Shown here piece after piece: positions 50,042-59,778 of a stretch of 64,000 bases of DNA. Numbering within the stretch: the stretch's first letter is position 1; each line of letters opens with the position of its first letter. The stretch comes from Candidatus Poribacteria bacterium (GTDB lineage Bacteria; Poribacteria; WGA-4E; WGA-3G): the NCBI GenBank assembly GCA_958295815.1, contig OY282374.1:2882856-2946855 (forward strand). Reading direction: 5' to 3'. The notes under the pieces were generated by a model that worked only from the letters and a program-made list of their open reading frames with translations, had not been told where the DNA came from and made no database searches. The translations under genes and the position numbers were made by a program.

Positions 50042-50854
50042 CTAACTCGCATAGACCCGAATCACTGTCCCTAAATGAAGTCGGACTAAGGTAGAAGTCG
50101 CCGCTCGCCGAAGTATGAAGCGAAACCCAGCAGCCTGACTAACGCGCCTCGGTTTGCCTAACGTAATGTTCCGAAAACCGTGTTTCTGGAGCAGTTTTGG
50201 TAAAGAGCGCGCAGAGAAATAGTAGAGATGGTCACGCGGATGAACGTAGGGCCAATCTGCTTTCTGGAGACGACTCTGGAGACTTTCCCCGTTCGGCACT
50301 TCAATGACAAGCGTTCCCGTTTGCGGTTTCAGTACCCGGCGTAATTCACTGAGAAGCGGGTTCAATTCCGGTATATGCTCTAATACATGATAGAGTGTAA
50401 TTGCGTCGAAATGTGCGTCGGGAAAATCTGCATCAAATACCTCTCCACACTGTACATCCAATTTATGTATCTCTTGTGCGAACGCACTTCCGCTCTTGGA
50501 AGGTTCAACGCCGTCCGGCTCCCAACCGCGTTCACGAGCGAGGTGGAGGAACGTGCCGATACCGCATCCAACATCCAACAACCGACCTTTATCTTCGCAT
50601 TGCTTTTCCAACTCCGTGAGACGTTCTGTCATCTGCAGCCATTCCATGCTGTCTGTATGGATACGCTCCATCTTATCCGGCGGATAGTAAGTTTCAACGT
50701 AGCCTTCCTCAAGTGTCTGGCGGCTGACGCGCGGGTTCACATATCGTAGATGACACTGTTTGCAGGCAACCACCGACAGCGAGTCTTTATCAAAAAGCAA
50801 CTCTGTCTCATCTCGCTCACAGATAGGGCAGTCAATATGTTCTAAAATATCCAT
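50042..50854 (-). CDS. Class I SAM-dependent methyltransferase with N-terminal zinc ribbon
   Basis: CPIC...CKQC; LLDVGCGIG; HVLEH; EVPN. Confidence 0.9.
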   Translation of the reverse strand: MDILEHIDCPICERDETELLFDKDSLSVVACKQCHLRYVNPRVSRQTLEEGYVETYYPPDKMERIHTDSMEWLQMTERLTELEKQCEDKGRLLDVGCGIGTFLHLARERGWEPDGVEPSKSGSAFAQEIHKLDVQCGEVFDADFPDAHFDAITLYHVLEHIPELNPLLSELRRVLKPQTGTLVIEVPNGESLQSRLQKADWPYVHPRDHLYYFSARSLPKLLQKHGFRNITLGKPRRVSQAAGFRFILRRAATSTLVRLHLGTVIRVYAS

Positions 50855-50868
50855 TGTCCCACGATTGA

Positions 50869-51837
50869 CTAAAAGTAGGGCACGCCTTGTGCTTCCACAT
50901 AAATCGAGTAGAGTGACTGGCTACCCATCATAAACAGTCGATTCCGTTTCACGCCACCAAAGCAGAGATTCGCACAGATTTCAGGGAGATGAATTTGCCC
51001 GATCCGGGTTCCATCGGGTGCGTAGACATGCACACCATCGTAGCCGTCGCCAGCCCAGCCTGCGCTCGCCCATAGGTTTCCATCAGTATCACACCGAATA
51101 CCGTCAGCGATACCCGGTGAGGTATCACAGAATACTTCCTGTTTGCCCAATCGCTCGCCATCTATTACGTCGTAGACGAAGAGATGCCGCGGTGTTCCCT
51201 CTTTATGCGTGACGCCGGTATCAACGAGATAGAGTTTCTCATAGTCGGGTGAAAAGCAGATGCCGTTCGGTTTTTCGAGTTCATCGGTTGCGATGGTCGC
51301 TTCTCCGGTATCAGGATTGAGGCGATACACGCAGGTCGGCAGCTGAAATTCGGCTTTGTGTCCTTCGTAGTTGAGCATAATGCCGTATCCGGGATCGGTA
51401 AACCAGATATGTCCATCTTCGTGGACTGCGACATCGTTCGGTGCGTTGAGCGGCTTGCCGTCAAAACTGTCCATCAGGACGGTAATTGTTCCGTCATATT
51501 CAGTGCGTGTGACACGCCGAGCACCGTGTTCACAACTGACGAGTCTTCCCTGCCGGTCGCGGGTGTGCCCGTTGCTATAGTTCGAGGGTTTCCGATAGAC
51601 GCTTACTTCACCGGTGGATTCCTCCCATTTCAGAATCCGATTGTTCGGAATATCACTCCAGAGTAGATATCCACCGTCGCCGAACCAGGCGGGCCCCTCT
51701 GCCCAGCGCGATCCTGTCCATAACCGTTCGACAACGGTATTACCGATTGTATATTTATTAAAACGAGGGTCTAACGCCTCGATTGCTGGATCGGGATAGC
51801 GGACGATTGATCCGTCCCATTTTCTTTCTGTACTCAT
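50869..51837 (-). CDS. SMP-30/gluconolactonase family protein
   Basis: WAEGPAW, SNGHTRD, LNAPND, PNGICFSPD, ADGIRCD, ANLCFGG. Confidence 0.95.
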   Translation of the reverse strand: MSTERKWDGSIVRYPDPAIEALDPRFNKYTIGNTVVERLWTGSRWAEGPAWFGDGGYLLWSDIPNNRILKWEESTGEVSVYRKPSNYSNGHTRDRQGRLVSCEHGARRVTRTEYDGTITVLMDSFDGKPLNAPNDVAVHEDGHIWFTDPGYGIMLNYEGHKAEFQLPTCVYRLNPDTGEATIATDELEKPNGICFSPDYEKLYLVDTGVTHKEGTPRHLFVYDVIDGERLGKQEVFCDTSPGIADGIRCDTDGNLWASAGWAGDGYDGVHVYAPDGTRIGQIHLPEICANLCFGGVKRNRLFMMGSQSLYSIYVEAQGVPYF

Positions 51838-51940
51838 CCATATCTCCTTTAAATAGCACTGCCAACAGCAGAACGCTTTCAATTTCTGGGAAATAGTATA
51901 TCACAATCGAGATGTTGTATGTAGGAAAATCTATGCGGAC

Positions 51941-52075
51941 TTGGTTATTGGTTATAAGTTATTGGTTAAGAAGCGGATAGCGGTGAGGTTATGGGTTGTG
52001 AGTTATGGGGGATGTGGGTTATAAGTTGTCTGAACCAGGATTTACAGGATTCAAGGATTTGCAGGATTATGGATG
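51941..52075. repeat. Heptamer (GTTAT/GTTGT) tract and CAGGATT 8-9-mer tract
   Basis: ggttatt/gttataa units, then tgaaccaggatttacaggattcaaggatttgcaggatt. Confidence 0.65.
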
Positions 52076-52326
52076 CCCTTGATTAACGACTGGCTTTTAT
52101 AGAATATCAAACTATTTTTTTTGGTTAATGGAAAACTGAATGGCTATGATATCCACGCCTTTCGCTTGTCTTTTACACACATGTATGGTACAATTGCCAT
52201 GATTATATGTAGTGTAGAAAGCAACCGGACCACAGAAAACCACTAATAAAAAACAATCCCTGAACACCCATTCCTTTTCTGAACACACAACCCTATACCG
52301 ACGCTTCTTCTTGACCGAAAATGAGA

Positions 52327-52355
52327 TTGATAAACTGGTGTATAAATTGTATAAT
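52327..52355 (+). promoter_or_regulatory. Sigma70-type promoter
   Basis: TTGATA-17nt-TATAAT. Confidence 0.65.
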
Positions 52356-52402
52356 TTATCACCAGAGGGATACCGCAGTGTAAAAAAGAATAGGAGAATA
52401 TT

Positions 52403-53563
52403 ATGAATGATTTGATTGATAAACTAATACAGGATTTAAAAGAGGATGCTGCAAAAAGTAAAGCTGAAATGGATAAAGCATGCGATCAAATGATGAGAGA
52501 TTTGCATACCAAGAGCCCAGAATTAATGAAAGCGAAATTTGAAGAAATTAAGAATACAGATATTACAATCTGTTTTGATGAGAGTTCTATTGCATCCAAC
52601 AGTTGGGAAAAATTTCATAACCGAGTAGAGGGCCGTATACTCAAGCAGATAGCTTCCAAGATAGAGAAATCTCTTAATGAATCTGTTCAGGACGACGACC
52701 TGCAAAAATACCTTTGGATAGAACGTAAAGACGAAAACAACCAATTGCAAGGAGTTGCCCATTGTCCCAAGCAAGTGATTGACAGGATCCGTCAGGACTG
52801 CAATGATTTCCGAATCCAGACTATAATTGGGATATGGAACAGGTTTAGACAAGTTACAATTGACAGCGCTCGTAATATTGGACAAGTTAACTTACCGGAT
52901 ATTCGTATCACACTAATCTTTCCGACTTCTAACACATTAAATATTTTAAGGTACCGTACAGAGGCTGAAACAACAAAAGAAGAGTATATCTATAGTTTAC
53001 CGTCAATTACCTTGGATACCGACGTGCTCCTCAAGATGAAAAAAGGAAAATCTGTGGATATGCAGGAATTCCGAAAGACATACCTTGTAGATTTAGCAGT
53101 TTCACAACGAATCCGTGAGGATATTAAGCTACGTCCAGATGAAGAGAAGTTTCTCTCGAATTACTACATTAGAACAATTCCTTCTATTATGCGCTGCAGT
53201 TTTGACAGTAAAGCTCAACGATTTCTTCTAAACCCAAAGTTCAATAAACCTGGAAGCACTGAATTTTTAAAATCTGTGGAATCAATTATCAATAATTTTT
53301 TCAAACCCAGAGGAGAAAAACCGCCAGGGTATCTGGACTGGGATCATCTTCACGCCCACTACTTATCAGGGAGAGATATTTTTCTGACAGATGACCAAAA
53401 GATTCTAAAAATTAAGGAGCAGTTAAACGATGAATTAGGTATCGTTTTAATGAATCTTGAGGATTTCGTAAATACCTTTAAAAATAATAACGATCTAATA
53501 AAGTCTTTTGGAAAAGTCAATTCCATAGACGGTGTCAGTGACATTACCTGTGTCCGCGATTAA
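52403..53563 (+). CDS. AT-rich hypothetical protein with probable C-terminal PIN-like nuclease domain
   Basis: ITLDTDVL, DWDHL, DIFLTDDQKIL acidic motifs; AGGAGA RBS. Confidence 0.65.
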   Translation: MNDLIDKLIQDLKEDAAKSKAEMDKACDQMMRDLHTKSPELMKAKFEEIKNTDITICFDESSIASNSWEKFHNRVEGRILKQIASKIEKSLNESVQDDDLQKYLWIERKDENNQLQGVAHCPKQVIDRIRQDCNDFRIQTIIGIWNRFRQVTIDSARNIGQVNLPDIRITLIFPTSNTLNILRYRTEAETTKEEYIYSLPSITLDTDVLLKMKKGKSVDMQEFRKTYLVDLAVSQRIREDIKLRPDEEKFLSNYYIRTIPSIMRCSFDSKAQRFLLNPKFNKPGSTEFLKSVESIINNFFKPRGEKPPGYLDWDHLHAHYLSGRDIFLTDDQKILKIKEQLNDELGIVLMNLEDFVNTFKNNNDLIKSFGKVNSIDGVSDITCVRD

Positions 53564-53595
53564 GTAAGTTGTGGGAACAGACTGGATAATAGAAA

Positions 53596-53937
53596 TTGGT
53601 AATCAGGGACTTAAGAATTCCGGACAATGCTCGCGTTATTCGGGGCGGTAAAAACCAAGTGAACGACATTCAACGAGGGACTAGCACACATCCAGCTGGA
53701 ATCACTGGTGTGTCGGTAGAAAGTGGCGAAGGTGTTCCGGATGCAGAATTGGCACGAACCATTCCACACAGACAAGTTGGCATCACAACCGTTGCGGAGG
53801 TCCGAAAAGCAGGCGGTGATGTAGTCCGAACTGCTGGACGGAGTCCTTATCATGCAACGTTGACAGGACTTACGCCCGAACAAGTTAGTAAACTGCTTAC
53901 ACCAACAATTCCCAATCCTAGGAGGGAAAGAAGATGA
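53596..53937 (+). CDS. Putative toxin resembling polymorphic-toxin C-terminal domains
   Basis: VIRGG, GVSV, PYHATL motifs; ATGA coupling to the next gene. Confidence 0.55.
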   Translation: MVIRDLRIPDNARVIRGGKNQVNDIQRGTSTHPAGITGVSVESGEGVPDAELARTIPHRQVGITTVAEVRKAGGDVVRTAGRSPYHATLTGLTPEQVSKLLTPTIPNPRRERR

Positions 53938-54269
53938 ACAAACTCAGAGTTTTCGCAGATTTTCACAATGCGGACGCAAAAGGCAGGTTGCGGTTGAACT
54001 GCGCCGGTACGATAGCAGATTGCGAACGTCAGGGAATTGTGCTGCGAGATGGACAATCCCTTATCATCTACAGCGAAGAGTTGGAGGTTGAGGGTGTTGT
54101 TCACTACTCAGAAGAAGAAAAATTGTGGACAGCGGTTATTGATTGGAATGCCATTCGAGAAGTAGAACCTATAGTCCCTCAATCAGCAATTCAGGACATC
54201 AGCCACATGATGGAGAAAAAATGGATAAACGGTAGCTACATTACCGAGATGAAAGTGAATTCTATGTAG
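53934..54269 (+). CDS. Putative immunity/antitoxin protein
   Basis: FADFHNADAKGRLRL...WTAVIDW; AGGAGG RBS, overlapping the upstream stop. Confidence 0.55.
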   Translation: MNKLRVFADFHNADAKGRLRLNCAGTIADCERQGIVLRDGQSLIIYSEELEVEGVVHYSEEEKLWTAVIDWNAIREVEPIVPQSAIQDISHMMEKKWINGSYITEMKVNSM

Positions 54270-54568
54270 GTTTGAAATAGGCATATTACTCAATTTCGGT
54301 AAAAAATATTAATGACAGATATTCCGATCACATTAGCTGATAACTCCCTTCATTCTTCCAACTCTTTGCTATCCCCATCTCATGTCATAATTTTATACAC
54401 CCAACTACTGTAGATTATAGAATTACTTTGACCTTGTGGACGCTGCCCGGTGCTGTTAGGAAACCGCGCCTACCGAGATGTTGCTACAAAAATCTTGAAA
54501 AAAAGGATAAAATATGAGATAATGTAGGAGGAATCAAAATATCTTGTTCAAAGGAGAAATTACACAAG

Positions 54569-55741
54569 ATGCCATTAGGTAGGAAAATACGTTACGGCAT
54601 GGTGGGTGGTGGACCGGATGCGTTCATCGGTGCTGTCCATCGTAAAGCCGCAGCACTCGACGGGGAAATAGATCTCGTCGCCGGTGCGTTCTCATCATCA
54701 CCCGAAAAATCTCGCCAGCAAGGTGCTGAGCTTTTCCTTGATGCAAATCGGGTATACGGCTCTTATAAGGAAATGGCGGAAAAAGAGAGCCAACTCCCAG
54801 AAGGCGAACGGATTGACTTCGTCTCAATTGTAACACCGAATCATGTCCACTTCGATGTAGCCAAAACCTTTATTGAAGCCGGGTTTCACGTCGTCTGCGA
54901 TAAGCCGATGACGACAACGGTTGCGGATGCAGAAACGCTCTGCAGCCTCGTTAAAGAACACGACGTCGTCTTTGCACTCACACATAATTACACAGGCTAT
55001 CCGATGGTGAAGCAGGCACGCGAACTTATTAAAGACGGAAAACTCGGAACGCTTCGCAAGATCGTCGTAGAATATCCACAGGGTTGGCTCGCCACATTTT
55101 TGGAAGACGAAGGTGCGAAACAAGCCGTCTGGCGTACGGATCCCAAACAAGCCGGTGCCTCTTCGTGTATCGGAGATATCGGTTCCCACGCGGAGAACTT
55201 GGCACACTACATCACAGGACTCGACATCGAAGAGATATGTGCCGACATGACCACATTTGTAGAGGGTCGTCTGTTGGAAGATGATGGCAATCTATTGGTG
55301 CATTACGAAAGCGGTGTCCGCGGCGTGCTTTATGCCTCGCAAATCTCGGTGGGTGAGGAGAACAACCTCCGCATCCGCGTCTACGGTACTGACGCTTCGT
55401 TAGAATGGCAACAGGAGAATCCGAACTATCTCTACGTCCGTTTCCCAGATGGTCCCGAACAGGTTTACAAACGTGGTAACGACTATTTGGCAGAAGTGGT
55501 TCAACACAACTCACGGATACCGTTTGGACATCCCGAAGCGTTTATTGAGGCATTCGCAAATATTTATGTGAACGCTGCACGTACAATGTCGGCGAAAATC
55601 GCTGGCGAAGCTCCAAGCGAATTTGATACAGACTTTCCCACCGTTCAAGACGGTGCACGAGGTGTACATTTCATTAACGCTGCTGTAGAGAGCGGTAAAC
55701 AGCGTGCGTGGCTCGACGCGAGTTACACGCCTCCGGCGTAA
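54569..55741 (+). CDS. Gfo/Idh/MocA-family oxidoreductase
   Basis: GMVGGG...FIGAVHR, VTPNHVH, CDKP, DIGSHA. Confidence 0.95.
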   Translation: MPLGRKIRYGMVGGGPDAFIGAVHRKAAALDGEIDLVAGAFSSSPEKSRQQGAELFLDANRVYGSYKEMAEKESQLPEGERIDFVSIVTPNHVHFDVAKTFIEAGFHVVCDKPMTTTVADAETLCSLVKEHDVVFALTHNYTGYPMVKQARELIKDGKLGTLRKIVVEYPQGWLATFLEDEGAKQAVWRTDPKQAGASSCIGDIGSHAENLAHYITGLDIEEICADMTTFVEGRLLEDDGNLLVHYESGVRGVLYASQISVGEENNLRIRVYGTDASLEWQQENPNYLYVRFPDGPEQVYKRGNDYLAEVVQHNSRIPFGHPEAFIEAFANIYVNAARTMSAKIAGEAPSEFDTDFPTVQDGARGVHFINAAVESGKQRAWLDASYTPPA

Positions 55742-55794
55742 TTTTATATTGGGAATTGGCAGTCGGTATGTGATTTTTATATTAGATTAACGGA

Positions 55795-55885
55795 GAATTC
55801 GGGGTTACAAACCCCTCCCACAATGTGAAAATCACTTCAAACGCTTATTGAAACGTTTAAAGCCTGTTAATAGCAACTTGGGTTA
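55795..55885. mobile_element. About 90-nt MITE-like REP-carrying element
   Basis: Homologous to 45246-45337 and 62680-62773. Confidence 0.7.
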
Positions 55886-55936
55886 GATTAGACATCCCTT
55901 TACCGATAGCCGATAACGCATAAAAGGAGATATACT

Positions 55937-56935
55937 ATGGCAAGACCTGTAACACTCTTTACAGGCCAATGGGCAGACTTAACATTAGAAGAAATAGCTG
56001 AAAAAGCGAGTGGATGGGGCTATGATGGCTTAGAGCTCGCATGCTGGGGTGACCATTTTGAGGTCGATAAAGCCCTCTCGGACGACAGTTACTGTCAGGG
56101 TAGGCACGATCTACTCGCGAAGTATGGGCTGAAAGTTTGGTCGATTAGCAACCATCTTGTTGGACAAGCCGTCTGTGATAATATCGACAGCCGACATCAA
56201 GGCATTTTGTCAGAAGCGATTTGGGGTGACGGTGATCCGGCTGGCGTTCAAGAACGTGCTGCTGAAGAGATGAAAAACACGGCGCGCGCTGCAGCGAAAC
56301 TCGGCGTGAGCGTTGTCAATGGATTTACTGGTAGTTCTATATGGCATCTGCTCTACTCTTTCCCGCCGAATGATCCTGCGCAAATTGATGCGGGTTTTGA
56401 AGATTTTGCGAACCGTTGGAACCCGATTTTCGATGTCTTTGATGAAGTTGGTGTTAAGTTTGGACTCGAAGTCCATCCGACTGAAATTGCTTTTGACATT
56501 GTCACTGCGGAACGCGCAATTGAGGCAGTCAACGGCAGAGAAGCGTTCGGATTTAACTACGATCCGAGTCACCTCGGTTATCAAGGCGTTGACTACGTTG
56601 CTTTCCTTGAACGGTTGAGTCACCGGATTTACCACGTCCACATGAAAGATGTCTGGTGGGCAGATACACCGAGATTAGCTGGAGTATTCGGTGGACACCT
56701 GAACTTCGGTGATGCTCGGAGAAATTGGGATTTTCGTTCGATTGGACGCGGTAGCATTAATTTTGAAGAGATTATTCGAGCGTTGAATCACATGGAATAT
56801 GACGGTCCACTCTCTATCGAGTGGGAAGACAGTGGTATGGATCGTGAGCACGGCGCTCGTGAGTCTTGCGCTGCTGTTAAAGGCTACGATTTTGAACCGT
56901 CTGCAGTGGCTTTTGATGCAGCATTTGAAGAGTAA
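55937..56935 (+). CDS. Sugar phosphate isomerase/epimerase (xylose-isomerase-like TIM barrel)
   Basis: LEVHP, NYDPSH, HVHMKD, SIEWED metal ligands. Confidence 0.92.
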   Translation: MARPVTLFTGQWADLTLEEIAEKASGWGYDGLELACWGDHFEVDKALSDDSYCQGRHDLLAKYGLKVWSISNHLVGQAVCDNIDSRHQGILSEAIWGDGDPAGVQERAAEEMKNTARAAAKLGVSVVNGFTGSSIWHLLYSFPPNDPAQIDAGFEDFANRWNPIFDVFDEVGVKFGLEVHPTEIAFDIVTAERAIEAVNGREAFGFNYDPSHLGYQGVDYVAFLERLSHRIYHVHMKDVWWADTPRLAGVFGGHLNFGDARRNWDFRSIGRGSINFEEIIRALNHMEYDGPLSIEWEDSGMDREHGARESCAAVKGYDFEPSAVAFDAAFEE

Positions 56936-57017
56936 AAAGCGTAAATATTGTTTCGGCGGGTCTCAGTGCCCGCCGATTGCCGAGTCTTGAGAAATAATAC
57001 CTAACAGGAATAGACCC

Positions 57018-58115
57018 ATGGCAAAAGGCTCTGTTCATCCTTCGGAATCCCGGAATTTTTACGATCGTCGCACGGGTACGCACATCCGACAGGTGACCAG
57101 TGCGTCGGCTCTGCATCATCATCCTTTTTTTATCATACCCGCTTACGATGATGCGATGCAGCGGTTGATTTTTGTCTCGTATCGAACAGGGACACCACAG
57201 ATATTTGCGGAGGAGCGCGCCACGGGTGAACTTCGGCAATTGACGGACAGACCGGATATAAGCGAATGGTCAGTGCATCCTGGACGAAACGGGAAAGCGG
57301 TCTTTTTTACAGCAGGAACAAGTGGCTGGAAACTCGATCTGGAGACGCTTGAGGAACGAGAGCTTGTTGATTTCGCTGTGACGACGCTGCGGGAAGAGGG
57401 TATGGTCGCCGCTGCTATGGGTACGACCTCAGTGAGTCACGATGACCGGTGGTGGGCGGTTAGATTCAGCATCGGTAAGGAGTCTGCGCTCGCTATCGTA
57501 GACACAGAAACCGGTAAACACGATATTATCTTGCACAGGGACAGCATTGGGCATCTTCAATTTTGTCCTGATGACTCCAATTTACTCTACTACGCAGGTC
57601 CGCTTATGGATCGCGTGTGGGTTATCCATCGCGATGGGAGTGGAAATCGCCGTCTTTATGTACAAAACCTTGAAAAAAAGGAATGGATTACTCACGAAAC
57701 ATGGATTCCAGGAACTCGCGAACTCGCTTTTGTCGATTGGCCCCATGGGGTCCGTTGTGTCAACGTTGACACAGGTGTGGAACGACAAATAACAACCGTC
57801 AACGCATGGCATGCGATTAGCAATCGTACGGGAACGTGTGTGGTGGCAGATACGAACTTCCCGGACATCGGCATCCAAATTTTTGACCCACGCGACGGTA
57901 TTGGTGAACCACAGACGTTGTGTTATCCGTATGCTTCATCTATCGGTGAGCATTGGAACGGGCCTTTCCCGTACGCAGCGGGTCCAATCCAAGTTTATGC
58001 CCCTCAGCACACACATCCGCACCCTTCTTTCAGTCCAGACGGACAATATGTTGTATTTACATCAGACCGAAGTGGGTATGCCCAAATCTACGAGGCGACT
58101 ATTGGAACGACATAG
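57018..58115 (+). CDS. Oligogalacturonate lyase-family beta-propeller
   Basis: GHLQFCP, THETW, WHAISN, HPHPSFSPDG...FTSD. Confidence 0.8.
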   Translation: MAKGSVHPSESRNFYDRRTGTHIRQVTSASALHHHPFFIIPAYDDAMQRLIFVSYRTGTPQIFAEERATGELRQLTDRPDISEWSVHPGRNGKAVFFTAGTSGWKLDLETLEERELVDFAVTTLREEGMVAAAMGTTSVSHDDRWWAVRFSIGKESALAIVDTETGKHDIILHRDSIGHLQFCPDDSNLLYYAGPLMDRVWVIHRDGSGNRRLYVQNLEKKEWITHETWIPGTRELAFVDWPHGVRCVNVDTGVERQITTVNAWHAISNRTGTCVVADTNFPDIGIQIFDPRDGIGEPQTLCYPYASSIGEHWNGPFPYAAGPIQVYAPQHTHPHPSFSPDGQYVVFTSDRSGYAQIYEATIGTT

Positions 58116-58259
58116 AGATAAACAAAAGTAGGACAGTGCTTTTAATGTTCTACACTGCTGAGAAAAACACACAAGAAATTCATAGACAACACCTGCGAGA
58201 ATGTAAAGCAAAGACACATTATGCCATAATTGACATGATTTTCATAAAAGGAGAAAAAA

Positions 58260-59654
58260 ATGCCAGTTGTCATTCCCCGCCTGATTGTTGAAGTGTTCCA
58301 ACATACAAACTTCCGTGGCAGAATGGGGTATGTTGTAGAACCTGTTCAGTTTACAAGGGACATCGGATTTCAAGACAATATATCTTCCGTTCGTGTTTAT
58401 AAGGGTCCAAACTTTTCGTCGAACCCGAACTATAAGGTTATTTTTTTCCAACATCGCAATTTCCGTGGTCAAAAATTAGCACTCGGTCCGGGATTTTATC
58501 CGAATTTGCACGACGTCGCTTACAATTTCGCCGATAGAATTTCATCGATTAATTTCGGTTCCACATTAGAAGTTGTTGGACCAGAATGGGGCACGGTTCC
58601 AATGATTGTAGACTGCTATGAGCATGTCAACTTTCGTGGTAGAAAAATCACGATTCTACGCGATATTGCTAATCTGCGGGATGCGCAAGGCGGAACTTGG
58701 TTTGAAGATCGTATTTCGTCGATTCGCATTTTTAAAGGACCAGATTTTCCGCCAGAGGGTGCAGAAGTTGTGTTCTATGAACACCCTGACTTTGAAGGGG
58801 CACCGCTGGCGATTCGCATGGAGCCGATGGATTATAAGAAAGAGTTGCCTAATCTTCATCTACTACCTCAGAACTTTGGGGACTCCATCTCCGCTGTGAA
58901 GATTGAGGGTTGGGCATCCTCTGGAGAATTCACAGAGATGGTTTTTGAAGATGAGTTTATTGGCAACCGGATGCGTCCAGAATGGCGATGGGACGACCCG
59001 AAAGGCGGTGGCTCATGGGCAGAACGCCAAGGTTACTTGGAAATGCGAACTGAACCTGGGCAAGACCTCTGGCACGGTGCAGACGGTAGCGGTGGTGATA
59101 TGAGTGCGCCGCGCCTGATCATGGAAGTGAGAGGAGACTTTGCTGTCGAAACCCGCATGCGAATCTCGTCACAACTGAGAGAACACGGCGGTATACTGAT
59201 ATGGAAGAACCCGAACAGGTTTCTCCGTCTGGAGAAGACCTCTGGACCACACGCCTTCAGAGGCGATGTCCGATTTGAACGTCACGTTAACCGCGTTTTC
59301 CATCTACAGGGACGGAGCAGTGGACTTAGGGATGTGCGAGAACTCTTCTTACGCGTAGAACGTAGAGGCAACCAGTTTTCCGCTTTCGCCAGTGGTGACG
59401 GTATTCAGTGGAAAAGTTGCGGACAAACCAATGTGGGTATGGGAAATTCGGTCAATGTTGGGGTCCACTCACTGTGTCCGGGCAATATTCCACCAACACT
59501 AACACGTTTCGACTTTTTCCGAGTGTTCAAACGGAGGAGTGAAGTTGCTGAATATCGTCCTATGGGTGTTGGACGGCGCGGTCAAATTTCCGATGAAGAG
59601 CGCGAGCGTCGGATCGCTAATCGTCGAGAACGCGCGGGGCGCGACCTGTTCTAA
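58260..59654 (+). CDS. Beta/gamma-crystallin domains fused to a DUF1349/ConA-like domain
   Basis: Four (F/Y)xHxxFxG...DxIS(S/A) Greek-key motifs; C-terminal DLW...APRL...LRVERRGNQFSAFASGDG. Confidence 0.85.
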   Translation: MPVVIPRLIVEVFQHTNFRGRMGYVVEPVQFTRDIGFQDNISSVRVYKGPNFSSNPNYKVIFFQHRNFRGQKLALGPGFYPNLHDVAYNFADRISSINFGSTLEVVGPEWGTVPMIVDCYEHVNFRGRKITILRDIANLRDAQGGTWFEDRISSIRIFKGPDFPPEGAEVVFYEHPDFEGAPLAIRMEPMDYKKELPNLHLLPQNFGDSISAVKIEGWASSGEFTEMVFEDEFIGNRMRPEWRWDDPKGGGSWAERQGYLEMRTEPGQDLWHGADGSGGDMSAPRLIMEVRGDFAVETRMRISSQLREHGGILIWKNPNRFLRLEKTSGPHAFRGDVRFERHVNRVFHLQGRSSGLRDVRELFLRVERRGNQFSAFASGDGIQWKSCGQTNVGMGNSVNVGVHSLCPGNIPPTLTRFDFFRVFKRRSEVAEYRPMGVGRRGQISDEERERRIANRRERAGRDLF

Positions 59655-59778
59655 ACACACCCATTCTTTTGGGTTCCGATCTGAAACCCATTTATCCCGC
59701 GTGCTCATGAATCGAAACATTTAAGGTGAGGTGCTCGTGCCTCACATCACACTATTTTCCAGATCCAAGGAGGACATC

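Noticed and set aside
52331..52348. Similarity of TAAACTGGTGTATAAATT to the core of the 14778/16665 repeat
   Set aside because: Short, needs an indel, and AT-rich; could be chance
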